Source of the DNA: a virus
Lineage: Duplodnaviria; Caudoviricetes
DNA: 64,000 nucleotides
Virus record (IMG/VR): IMGVR_UViG_3300043775_000410
Coordinates: 9,161-73,160 of that record
Strand: one strand, 5' to 3'
Below the pieces are notes generated by a model that was not told where the DNA came from, made no database searches, and saw only the letters and a list, made by a program, of their open reading frames with translations. This document shows positions 8,722 to 17,013 of the stretch, piece after piece. A program made the position numbers and the translations under genes. Every line of letters begins with the position of its first letter. Position 1 is the stretch's first letter.

Positions 8722-9593
8722 TGAAATTAAAAGTCAGTGAGATATTTTATAGTGCGCAAGGTGAAGGACGCTTCGTAGGTGTACCTTCAGTTTTCTTACG
8801 TACATACGGATGTAATTTTAAATGTGCAGGTTTTGGTATGACTCGTGGCACAGCTAGTACAGAAGCAGATGAAGTTGCTAAAACTGTAGAACTGTATAGT
8901 CGGTATGAAGACTTACCATTAGTGAATACAGGTTGCGATAGCTATGCGTCATGGCATCCTAAGTTTAAACACCTTAGTCCAACATTAGATACTAGTGAAG
9001 TAGTTGATAAACTATTAGAACTAGTACCAGGTGGCGATTGGCTATTACCCAATGGCAACGATGTACATTTAGTAATCACAGGCGGTGAGCCGTTATTAGG
9101 ATGGCAACGTGCTTATGAAGAACTATTAGACAATCCTAAGATGCAGAGTTTGCAAAACATTACATTTGAAACCAATGGTACTCAAGAGTTACATGAAGAG
9201 TTTGCTGATTACCTAACGTTTTGGGCATTCAATCGAGTAGATGGCGGTCGTAGACCAGACATTACATTTAGTGTTAGTGCTAAACTAAGTGCTAGTGGCG
9301 AAAGTTGGGCTGATGCTATTAAACCAGAGATTGTAGCTAGTTATGAACAGTTCGGCACAACCTATTTGAAATTTGTAGTTGAAAATCCTAAAGATTTCGA
9401 TGAAGTAGATCGTGCTGTGCAAGCCTACAGAGATGCAGGTTTTACAGGGGTAGTTTACATTATGCCCGTTGGTGGTGTCGTTAGTGTGTACAACGGCAAT
9501 AAGTTTAACGTAGCAGACGAAGCAATGCTACGTGGTTATTATTATAGCCCAAGATTACATGTTGATCTTTGGGGTAACAGTTGGGGGAAATAG
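8721..9593 (+). CDS. queE: 7-carboxy-7-deazaguanine synthase (radical SAM)
   Basis: EIFYSAQGEG..G.PSVFLRT.GCN, GCDS, ITGGEP, FETNG, SPRLH. Confidence 0.92.
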   Translation: MKLKVSEIFYSAQGEGRFVGVPSVFLRTYGCNFKCAGFGMTRGTASTEADEVAKTVELYSRYEDLPLVNTGCDSYASWHPKFKHLSPTLDTSEVVDKLLELVPGGDWLLPNGNDVHLVITGGEPLLGWQRAYEELLDNPKMQSLQNITFETNGTQELHEEFADYLTFWAFNRVDGGRRPDITFSVSAKLSASGESWADAIKPEIVASYEQFGTTYLKFVVENPKDFDEVDRAVQAYRDAGFTGVVYIMPVGGVVSVYNGNKFNVADEAMLRGYYYSPRLHVDLWGNSWGK

Positions 9594-9594
9594 T

Positions 9595-10071
9595 ATGTGG
9601 AATAAAATTAAAAATGTATTAACAAATATAGCACAGCCCGAAACAGGCAAAGTTGCTCCTATAACCGAAGGCAAGAAGCGCACACAGGTTAAAACACCTA
9701 AGGTTGCTAGTACAGATCCGGCAGCTGTTAAACCTAAAAAGCCACGTGCTAGTAAAAAGAAAGTAGTAGAAGACCCTGATAAGAAACTTGCTACTAAAAA
9801 TGGTGAACCTTGGGTAAAGATATTAAGTATGGATTTAGATCCCGATGATCCAGGTAATGGTGCATTTGAATTAGATTGGAATGATAAATTTGTAGCCAAC
9901 TTAATACGTGCAGGCTATCAAGGTCGAACAGATGCTGATATTGTAGACAATTGGTTCAAAGCAATATGTCGCAATGTAATCACAGAATCATATGAACAAG
10001 ATCAAGCCGATCCATCAAAACGTAATGAACGTAGACGTGATCTAGGTAATGGTAGAACGGAAGTAAGTTGA
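9595..10071 (+). CDS. Hypothetical phage protein
   Basis: ATG 9595 after the queE stop; Lys-rich linker followed by a globular domain. Confidence 0.7.
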   Translation: MWNKIKNVLTNIAQPETGKVAPITEGKKRTQVKTPKVASTDPAAVKPKKPRASKKKVVEDPDKKLATKNGEPWVKILSMDLDPDDPGNGAFELDWNDKFVANLIRAGYQGRTDADIVDNWFKAICRNVITESYEQDQADPSKRNERRRDLGNGRTEVS

Positions 10072-10796
10072 TAGTATATGTAAACGGCGATAGCCACAGT
10101 GCAGGTGCAGAAGCAGCAAATGCATTCTGTTTTTTATCCGACGATCCGGCTATGGCCTGGGATCATTATGATCGCACACAGACTGCGGCTGGCAGGGTTC
10201 CTCACCCCGATAATGTCAAAGTTAGTTATGGGCAAAGAATAGCAGATTATTACAATTCTACACTGGACTGCAATGCAGAAAGTGGCAGTAGTAACCAACG
10301 TATCCTACGAACTACCTATGATTATTTAAATAACAACACCCCTGAGTTAGTAATAATTGGATGGGCTACTTGGGAAAGAGAAGAATTTTTTATCGATGGC
10401 TACTGGCACCAATTTAGTGCAAACATGAATACTGACGATTTATCCGACGATGCAGTGAAATTCTATAAAAATTGGGTATTAGATAGACACAGCGTACAGC
10501 AGTACTGCGATAAAGCTCAGAAAGCTATATGGGATTTACATCAACTGTTGATGAGTAAACATATACCACATTTATTCTTTAATACCTTTAGTGGCCTAAC
10601 TACTTCTACTTTATTAGATTGGGATAATTGTTATTACCGACCATATGAACATTCTGGTTCATTTTTTAATTTATTAAAAGCTCGAGGTTATAACACAGTT
10701 ACTCCGACTAGCTACCATTACGGCGCAGATGCACACCAAGAATGGGCCAATTTTCTCTTGACAAAACTACCGAATGAAAGTATAATAACTAAATGA
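10068..10796 (+). CDS. SGNH/GDSL-like hydrolase or acyltransferase
   Basis: NGDSHS, GSSN, C-terminal HY.ADAH. Confidence 0.7.
   Translation: MIVYVNGDSHSAGAEAANAFCFLSDDPAMAWDHYDRTQTAAGRVPHPDNVKVSYGQRIADYYNSTLDCNAESGSSNQRILRTTYDYLNNNTPELVIIGWATWEREEFFIDGYWHQFSANMNTDDLSDDAVKFYKNWVLDRHSVQQYCDKAQKAIWDLHQLLMSKHIPHLFFNTFSGLTTSTLLDWDNCYYRPYEHSGSFFNLLKARGYNTVTPTSYHYGADAHQEWANFLLTKLPNESIITK
10758..10786 (+). promoter_or_regulatory. sigma70 consensus promoter, likely giving leaderless rnh mRNA
   Basis: TTGACA-17nt-TATAAT; ATG starts 7 nt after the -10 box. Confidence 0.7.
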
Positions 10797-11812
10797 GATA
10801 TCTATTAGTAGACGCTGCAAATACATTTTTCCGTGCCCGACACAGTGCCCATCGTCAAAGTGACACATGGGATAAGTTAGGCTTTGCTATCCACGTTACT
10901 TTAGCGTCAGTGAATAAAGCGTGGCGAGATCAACGAGCAGATCATGTAGTATTCTGTTTTGAAGGCCGTAGTTGGCGCAAGGACTTTTATACTCCATATA
11001 AAGCTAATCGTGCAGTAGCACGTGCGGCTAAGACTGAATTGGAGCAAGAAGAAGAACAAATGTTCTGGGATGCCTTTGACACACTTAAAGTGTTTATTAC
11101 TGAAAGAACTAATTGCACTGTTCTACGCCATGAGAACTTAGAAGCAGATGATCTTATTGCCGGTTGGATACAAACACACCCAACTGATCATCACACTATT
11201 GTATCAAGCGACACAGACTTCTATCAACTGTTAAGTAATAATGTTAATCAATATAACGGTATTGCAGATGAATTACACACGCTTACTGGTATTTACGATA
11301 AGAAAGGTAAACTTGTTATAGACAAGAAAACTAAAGAGCCTAAGAAGATTCCGGATCCCAAGTTCATCTTGTTTGAAAAGTGTATGCGTGGTGATCCTAC
11401 AGATAATATCTTTAGTGCTTATCCAGGTGTGCGCACTAAAGGCACTAAGAACAAAGTTGGCTTAGAAGAAGCCTACAGCGACAAAGACAAGCAGGGGTAT
11501 GCTTGGAATAACCTAATGCTACAACGCTGGACTGATCATAACGGTGATGAACATCGTGTGTTAGATGACTATAATCGTAATGTTACTTTAGTAGACCTAG
11601 CGGCACAGCCTAAAGAGTATAAACTTATGATAGAAGAAACTATCAAAGCTAATGCAACTGCACTTAATCGTCCTATGGTAGGTGCGCAGTTCTTAAAGTT
11701 CTGCGGCAAGTATGACCTAGTTAAACTAAGCGACAATGCCAGCAACATGGCAGAATGGATGTGTGCTAGTTATCCTGCGCAAGCAGTAACATTGTATCAT
11801 TTAATTAATTAG
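10793..11812 (+). CDS. rnh: T4 RNase H-like 5'-3' exonuclease (FEN family)
   Basis: YLLVD, EADDLI, SSDTDFYQL, RGDPTDNI. Confidence 0.88.
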   Translation: MRYLLVDAANTFFRARHSAHRQSDTWDKLGFAIHVTLASVNKAWRDQRADHVVFCFEGRSWRKDFYTPYKANRAVARAAKTELEQEEEQMFWDAFDTLKVFITERTNCTVLRHENLEADDLIAGWIQTHPTDHHTIVSSDTDFYQLLSNNVNQYNGIADELHTLTGIYDKKGKLVIDKKTKEPKKIPDPKFILFEKCMRGDPTDNIFSAYPGVRTKGTKNKVGLEEAYSDKDKQGYAWNNLMLQRWTDHNGDEHRVLDDYNRNVTLVDLAAQPKEYKLMIEETIKANATALNRPMVGAQFLKFCGKYDLVKLSDNASNMAEWMCASYPAQAVTLYHLIN

Positions 11813-11822
11813 AAAGTAAATT

Positions 11823-12407
11823 TTGATAGATAAATCACAGAAGTTTTTAGCGTTAGACTTAGAATTAAACCAACCCAGTGGTAAGATCATTCAGGTTGGT
11901 ATTGCCATTGGCAGTGCCAATGATAAGTTTGAAAATTACATAACTAAGAAATGGTATATCGATCCAAACGAGCCGATTGATCAATTTATTATCGATTTGA
12001 CTGGTATTACTGATCACGATATTAGATTAAACTGTGTAAGTCATGCTACAGTTGCACGTGAACTCAGTGACTTAATCAAACAACATAACACTTGGATCAA
12101 CCCAATCACTTGGGGTGGCGGTGACAGTAGAGAACTGTTAGATGAGTTCTGTAAAAACTATGCAGACTTTCCACACTTCGGTCGTCGTTGGATTGATTGT
12201 AAAACGTTCTATACGTTTATGATGTTTGCACGTGGCAAGAATCCTAGTGGCGGGCTTGCTAGTGCTATGGGCACGTTTAAACTACAGTTCAAAGGCACAG
12301 CGCACAGAGCAGACATTGATGCAGTTAATACTCTCGCACTATTCTTTAAGTTCTTAGAGCGACAACGTGGGCTTGAAAACTTATTACATGATGCAAAAAG
12401 TATTTGA
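11823..12407 (+). CDS. DEDDh 3'-5' exonuclease
   Basis: LDLE, LTGIT, WGGGD, AHRADIDA. Confidence 0.85.
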   Translation: MIDKSQKFLALDLELNQPSGKIIQVGIAIGSANDKFENYITKKWYIDPNEPIDQFIIDLTGITDHDIRLNCVSHATVARELSDLIKQHNTWINPITWGGGDSRELLDEFCKNYADFPHFGRRWIDCKTFYTFMMFARGKNPSGGLASAMGTFKLQFKGTAHRADIDAVNTLALFFKFLERQRGLENLLHDAKSI

Positions 12408-12432
12408 CTTTTTGGCTAATCAATGGTATAAT
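12404..12432 (+). promoter_or_regulatory. sigma70-like promoter
   Basis: TTGACT-17nt-TATAAT with extended TG. Confidence 0.75.
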
Positions 12433-12504
12433 ATATTATGAAGAAAGGACAGAGGAAACAAAACAAAAAATGAGGATTAGTCAATTAAAAAGGTGGGAAA
12501 GAAA

Positions 12505-13362
12505 ATGATAAAAAGTTCAATGTTTTTAGGTGATACTACTAATGTAGATCACGCATATATTAATAACTTAGGTGATATAGTCGGCGGGTCATACCGACCA
12601 AAGTTTACCGTAACTGGTAAAGTAGATCCTGTAGAAAAGGTAGTAGTTGATTTTTCTACCGTTAAAAAGTCTCTTAAAGCAGCAATTGATGATACCGAAG
12701 ATGGATTCGATCATAAGCTATGGTGGATTGAAGGAGAATCTCTAGGAAATATTACATTTACCGGTGCCACTGTATCGATTGTGACTCCAAAAGTTAAAAT
12801 TTACGGACCAAAGAATATTGTTAAAGTAGTTACCAGTTCAACTAGTTTCAATGACTATTGTTTATCGGCGCTACAGAAAAAGCATCCAACTGTTGATATT
12901 GAGTTAGAAACCGTTCTAACTACTAATTTTGATATAATGCCACAACTGAACTCTATGCCACACATGTTTAGATATGTACATGGATTAAAAGAATCTACAT
13001 CGTGGGGGTGTCAAAATATTGGTCACGGACATTTAAGTTATATCGCAGCCAATACTACAAACACGTTAGCAACTGATTTATTATTAGCAGAAATTGCTCG
13101 AGACTTAGATGGCGTAATCTTTGCGTGGGCAGATAACATGCCTACTGAAAATTTAATCGAATATCATTGTGGGCGCGGTCCGATGAGTATGGAATTTGTA
13201 GGAGATGTAAAACTAGTCAAACTTACTACAGAAACTACTGTCGAATTCTTAGTAGATTATGTTATAGATAGATACGAACATCAACTAAAACAAGCAGGGG
13301 TTACTATCCTGTTCGTTTCAGAGGGATTAAGTAAAGGCGCCTGCAGAGGTATAAATGTCTAA
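12505..13362 (+). CDS. queD: Two-domain QueD-like 6-carboxytetrahydropterin synthase
   Basis: VDFSTVKK..FDHKLW in domain 1; HGL...GCQNIGHGH and TTVE...SEG in domain 2. Confidence 0.7.
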   Translation: MIKSSMFLGDTTNVDHAYINNLGDIVGGSYRPKFTVTGKVDPVEKVVVDFSTVKKSLKAAIDDTEDGFDHKLWWIEGESLGNITFTGATVSIVTPKVKIYGPKNIVKVVTSSTSFNDYCLSALQKKHPTVDIELETVLTTNFDIMPQLNSMPHMFRYVHGLKESTSWGCQNIGHGHLSYIAANTTNTLATDLLLAEIARDLDGVIFAWADNMPTENLIEYHCGRGPMSMEFVGDVKLVKLTTETTVEFLVDYVIDRYEHQLKQAGVTILFVSEGLSKGACRGINV

Positions 13363-13437
13363 ACTAAACGTAACAGTAGACCGCATTGACTGGTGGGAAA
13401 CTCCTAAGTCACGCAGTACTTTTATTAGAGGCTAATT

Positions 13438-13803
13438 ATGACTACTACTGTCTTTATCTTACTAGCATTATTTGGCATTAAGCACTTTATCGCTGACTTC
13501 CTAATGCAATATGACTACATGCTCAGAGAGAAAGGTATATATGGTGCAGAAGGTGGATTGCATCACGCGGCAGTACATGCGGCACTTACTTTATTCATTC
13601 TTGTGTTCTTTGCGCACAGTGCTAATGCTATTATTCTTCTTGCTCTAGCAGATGGAGTTATTCATTATCACATTGATTGGGCTAAACAACAACTAAATCG
13701 AGGCTTAACCACAGCAGATCACATGTTTTGGGTTTGGATGGGTGCCGATCAAGGCCTGCATTACTTAACATATATAGGAATTATCTATGTCGGAACAGTA
13801 TAA
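13438..13803 (+). CDS. DUF3307-like membrane protein
   Basis: KHFIADFLMQ, HYHIDW.K, GADQ.LH; hydrophobic helices. Confidence 0.75.
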   Translation: MTTTVFILLALFGIKHFIADFLMQYDYMLREKGIYGAEGGLHHAAVHAALTLFILVFFAHSANAIILLALADGVIHYHIDWAKQQLNRGLTTADHMFWVWMGADQGLHYLTYIGIIYVGTV

Positions 13804-14353
13804 ACGTTTCTGTGAATTTGAAAAAACCTGCGCCAGCGCGGCTAATTGTGATGGACCAACTCTTACATTGTTAGCACGAACTATTGTAAAAAACAAGTGT
13901 TGGGTTGTTGAAAGTGATGGTACTAAAGTAGCTACTATACTTGCTAACGATGGTAATAGTGGTGTTACCTTAGTACACGACGGACAAAGAGAACGGTTTG
14001 GTAGTTTAAAACTCCTAAGCGACCGTTACAATATTGTCATTGACAAAACTAAGGTAGCCAAGTTAGTTAAAGAATCACATGAGGTATATGGATATCCCTG
14101 TGAAAATAAACCACAGAATGCTTTATGGGACGTACAACATAAGTTGCCAGTGTTTACTAAAGGTAGCAAAAGTAAGAGTTTCTTCTGTGCCGGTTATTAT
14201 ATTATACAATTTAATAACGGGTGGGTTAAGAGTTACTGTCCTAAGTTAATTACACTTAATAGATATCCATATCAAGGCCCATTTAACACACAAGAAGAAA
14301 TGCAAATACAGTTAAGATTAGCAAATGGGGGTCACGATGGAGAATCAACTTAG
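13787..14353 (+). CDS. Hypothetical phage protein
   Basis: 188 aa ORF overlapping both neighbours. Confidence 0.7.
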   Translation: MSEQYKRFCEFEKTCASAANCDGPTLTLLARTIVKNKCWVVESDGTKVATILANDGNSGVTLVHDGQRERFGSLKLLSDRYNIVIDKTKVAKLVKESHEVYGYPCENKPQNALWDVQHKLPVFTKGSKSKSFFCAGYYIIQFNNGWVKSYCPKLITLNRYPYQGPFNTQEEMQIQLRLANGGHDGEST

Positions 14354-14558
14354 TCTACACTTAAAGGCGTTTAATAATCGCGTTAAAGTAATGAATCAAA
14401 CTAACAGCAAAGATCTAACATTATCTGCTGCAGATGTTAGAAATCTACATAACGATATATTCGAACTACTAGCGCAGATTGCGGCCCTAACTGCAATTAA
14501 AGAAGCCGAAGAAGCAGAAGCTGTACTTAAAGTTGAAATGGATGGTGGCGGATTCTAG
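14337..14558 (+). CDS. Hypothetical protein
   Basis: GGGGG RBS-like run before ATG 14337. Confidence 0.65.
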   Translation: MENQLSLHLKAFNNRVKVMNQTNSKDLTLSAADVRNLHNDIFELLAQIAALTAIKEAEEAEAVLKVEMDGGGF

Positions 14559-14583
14559 CAATTATATATGTAGTTAATTGGCA

Positions 14584-14589
14584 TAAATA
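14584..14589 (+). promoter_or_regulatory. Putative late promoter TAAATA
   Basis: Intergenic ATAAATA about 20 nt before the ATG; resembles the T4 late box TATAAATA. Confidence 0.5.
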
Positions 14590-14608
14590 AACATAGTAAG
14601 GATACTTT

Positions 14609-14896
14609 ATGTCAAGACCAAAGCCAACAGTACTGTTAGAGCACGTCAACAAAACAAATTACAAGAGTGATCAGATTCTGGATTCAGAAGGCATCTGGGC
14701 AGTTTTCTTTGATAACCAACCAATCAATCTAAAAACACAAAATATACTTGTAGCCTACCCTGGTCCAAAGTATAAGAAAGTAAGTTTTAGTAATCCTGGT
14801 CACGCAATTAATCTCGCTAAAAAACTCAATGTGCTGTTTAAGTCAGACAAGTTTTCAGTTGTGCTACTTAAAGCAGGCGATACCATCTACCCATAA
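14609..14896 (+). CDS. Hypothetical phage protein
   Basis: AAGGA RBS; 95 aa. Confidence 0.75.
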   Translation: MSRPKPTVLLEHVNKTNYKSDQILDSEGIWAVFFDNQPINLKTQNILVAYPGPKYKKVSFSNPGHAINLAKKLNVLFKSDKFSVVLLKAGDTIYP

Positions 14897-14898
14897 TC

Positions 14899-15243
14899 AT
14901 GTCACGTGCCGAATCTTTGCAGTCAATTTGGCAAACAAAGTTCTACGAGTTAACTCCGTACTCAGTAAGTCCTAGTAGTTGGTGGTATAACCCAACTAAT
15001 CATAACAGTTTGCGTTTGGTCCAAAAGGCCTATTTAGAAGTGCGTAAACACATTAAATTCTACAAGTTTGAACTAAGTCACGATATACGTCCTAAAACGT
15101 TTGTACAGCTAGAGCGTTGGTTTAAGGAGCCTTATTACGTGCAGAATCGCAAGACTATACACATTGTCAGTGATCGTGACGCAATGATGCTAAGTCTACA
15201 CGCAAACAATCTACAACAATATTTAGATAACCAATCACTTTGA
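14899..15243 (+). CDS. Hypothetical protein
   Basis: 114 aa ORF in operon. Confidence 0.7.
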   Translation: MSRAESLQSIWQTKFYELTPYSVSPSSWWYNPTNHNSLRLVQKAYLEVRKHIKFYKFELSHDIRPKTFVQLERWFKEPYYVQNRKTIHIVSDRDAMMLSLHANNLQQYLDNQSL

Positions 15244-15272
15244 TTGACTTTTAGCTATATTTGTGTTATACT
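15244..15272 (+). promoter_or_regulatory. sigma70-like promoter
   Basis: TTGACT-17nt-TATACT with extended TG; TAAATA at 15283-15288. Confidence 0.7.
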
Positions 15273-15306
15273 TGCTGTGTAATAAATAAAATTTAAGGAG
15301 TAACAC

Positions 15307-15594
15307 ATGAAGAAGCTATTACTAGCAACACTGTTATTATCACTTAGCACTACTGCAGCCGCAGATGGCTATTACAACCGACACTATCGGGGCAACGGTA
15401 ATGACGTATTACTTCCATTAATTGTTGGCGGCACCTTGGGTTATATTATTGCACAACCGCGTACCATAGTACAACCACAGTATGTACCGCTACCAAGTTA
15501 TGTTCCAGCTAACAACGAACCAATCTACCAATATCAGAACATTTATGATGGTAATTGTGCTTGTTATCATCGAGTTTTAGTTCAAATCAACTAA
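15307..15594 (+). CDS. Small secreted/membrane protein
   Basis: Signal peptide MKKLLLATLLLSLSTTAAA; Gly-rich hydrophobic segment; Pro/Tyr-rich tail with CAC. Confidence 0.75.
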   Translation: MKKLLLATLLLSLSTTAAADGYYNRHYRGNGNDVLLPLIVGGTLGYIIAQPRTIVQPQYVPLPSYVPANNEPIYQYQNIYDGNCACYHRVLVQIN

Positions 15595-15606
15595 GAAAGG
15601 ACCTAT

Positions 15607-15681
15607 ATGCGGTATCTTATTGCAATGGCAGTAGTAGTTGCAGTTCTCAGTGGTTGTGCAAAATTTAATACGTGTTTTTAA
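15607..15681 (+). CDS. 24-aa lipoprotein-like micro-ORF (possibly frameshifted)
   Basis: GAAAGGA RBS; MRYLIAMAVVVAVLSG-C lipobox. Confidence 0.5.
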   Translation: MRYLIAMAVVVAVLSGCAKFNTCF

Positions 15682-15721
15682 CTGTCGACACGCCTCCTCA
15701 TATAATAATTCAAATTAACGA

Positions 15722-15750
15722 TTGACTTTTACCTATTAAGAGTGTATAAT
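15722..15750 (+). promoter_or_regulatory. sigma70-like promoter
   Basis: TTGACT-17nt-TATAAT then AGGAG RBS. Confidence 0.8.
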
Positions 15751-15768
15751 GGCACTTAGGAGTCAACC

Positions 15769-16299
15769 ATGTCATCATTAGTAAGCAGAGCAAGGGCATT
15801 TGCTGCACATGCGCATCGCGCAATCGATCATAAAAGAAAATACACAGGTGAAGACTACATTGTTCACCCTGCCGAAGTTGCGGCTATTGTTGCCACTGTT
15901 CCTCACACAGACGAAATGCTCGCGGCCGCTTGGTTGCATGACACAGTAGAAGATACTGGTGTTACTATCGAAACGATCCGTGCAGAGTTTGGCCCAATTG
16001 TGGCAATGTACGTAGCAGACTTGACCGATGTTAGTGCCGCTGCCGACGGCAACAGAGCAGTGCGCAAGGCAATTGATTTAGCACATACTGCCAAGGCCTG
16101 TGCCGATGCTAAAACAATTAAACTTGCCGACTTGCTATCAAACACTGCTAGTATTGTTGAGCATGATCCAGGCTTTGCCCGTGTGTACCTTAAAGAAAAA
16201 TCAGCTATGCTTGCTGTGATGACAGATGGTGATGCAACATTGTTGGCCCGTGCTAAAGCCACACTATCAGCAGGACTTGCTAGATTAGATGGCAAATAA
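15769..16299 (+). CDS. HD-domain small alarmone hydrolase-like protein (SpoT/Mesh1 HD family)
   Basis: AH..Q/H.RK...YIVHP, AAWLHDTVEDT, LTD, IKLAD..SN. Confidence 0.85.
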   Translation: MSSLVSRARAFAAHAHRAIDHKRKYTGEDYIVHPAEVAAIVATVPHTDEMLAAAWLHDTVEDTGVTIETIRAEFGPIVAMYVADLTDVSAAADGNRAVRKAIDLAHTAKACADAKTIKLADLLSNTASIVEHDPGFARVYLKEKSAMLAVMTDGDATLLARAKATLSAGLARLDGK

Positions 16300-16302
16300 C
16301 GG

Positions 16303-16331
16303 TTGACATTTTGGTAAAATGACTGTATAAT
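16303..16331 (+). promoter_or_regulatory. sigma70 consensus promoter
   Basis: TTGACA-17nt-TATAAT. Confidence 0.85.
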
Positions 16332-16364
16332 GTTACACATACACTAACAACACAGGAGCAATAA

Positions 16365-16775
16365 ATGGCTTATATTAGCGCACAAGATGTTAAGGCAATA
16401 CGTGATGAACTTAAAGCAACTTTTCCTAAATTCAAGTTTGGTGTACGTAAAGGTTATGCGGGTAGTTCAGTTGACGTAACTATTAAACAAGGCCCAGTTG
16501 ACTTTGCTGAAGTGTTTGACGATGGTCATTTGCCTACTAAACGTAAATATGTTCAAATCAACGAATACCATTTAGACTTCTACGGCAAGTACGAAGCGTT
16601 CTTTGAACAAGTATTAGAAATTATCAAGTGTGCTCCGGCTCGTGCTGGTGGTCGTGCTTGGTTTGATAAAAGTGATTCGCAAATAGATTATTTCCATATT
16701 GCCTATTACATTCATTTAAACGTAGGTGAGTGGGATGAGCCATATACCTGCACAAAAGAAAAGGAGTTTGCATAA
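16365..16775 (+). CDS. LPD29-like (large polyvalent protein-associated) domain protein
   Basis: IRDELKATFP.FKF.VR start; DSQIDYFH..YY..L.VG.W..PY end. Confidence 0.6.
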   Translation: MAYISAQDVKAIRDELKATFPKFKFGVRKGYAGSSVDVTIKQGPVDFAEVFDDGHLPTKRKYVQINEYHLDFYGKYEAFFEQVLEIIKCAPARAGGRAWFDKSDSQIDYFHIAYYIHLNVGEWDEPYTCTKEKEFA

Positions 16776-16939
16776 TGAGTAAAAATTTACAACGTATTTT
16801 AATTTCAATAATGTTAATCATCGGTTATGTAACATTAGGATTACTTGGTGAGAATGGTTCGATGCTACATGAACTATTGGGTAACTTTGCTGTCGGTTGG
16901 GTAGTTTGGGAAATTGCCACAGGTATTGTTGGTGATTAA
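16775..16939 (+). CDS. 54-aa two-helix membrane protein (not in ORF track)
   Basis: AAGGAG RBS, TAATG overlap; MSKNLQRILISIMLIIGYVTLGLLG...FAVGWVVWEIATGIVGD. Confidence 0.65.
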   Translation: MSKNLQRILISIMLIIGYVTLGLLGENGSMLHELLGNFAVGWVVWEIATGIVGD

Positions 16940-16946
16940 TCAGCAC

Positions 16947-16975
16947 TTGACAAAACAAGAATTTGGTAGTATAAT
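16947..16975 (+). promoter_or_regulatory. sigma70 consensus promoter
   Basis: TTGACA-17nt-TATAAT. Confidence 0.85.
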
Positions 16976-17013
16976 CTGTTTTGTTACATTTAATAATTAA
17001 TTAGGAGCTACAC

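Noticed and set aside
15903-16340. Antisense ORFs (this one, 18863-19354, 37894-38295, 51489-51875, 56874-57308 and similar)
   Set aside because: Shadows of well-supported genes on the opposite strand, with no RBS or motifs
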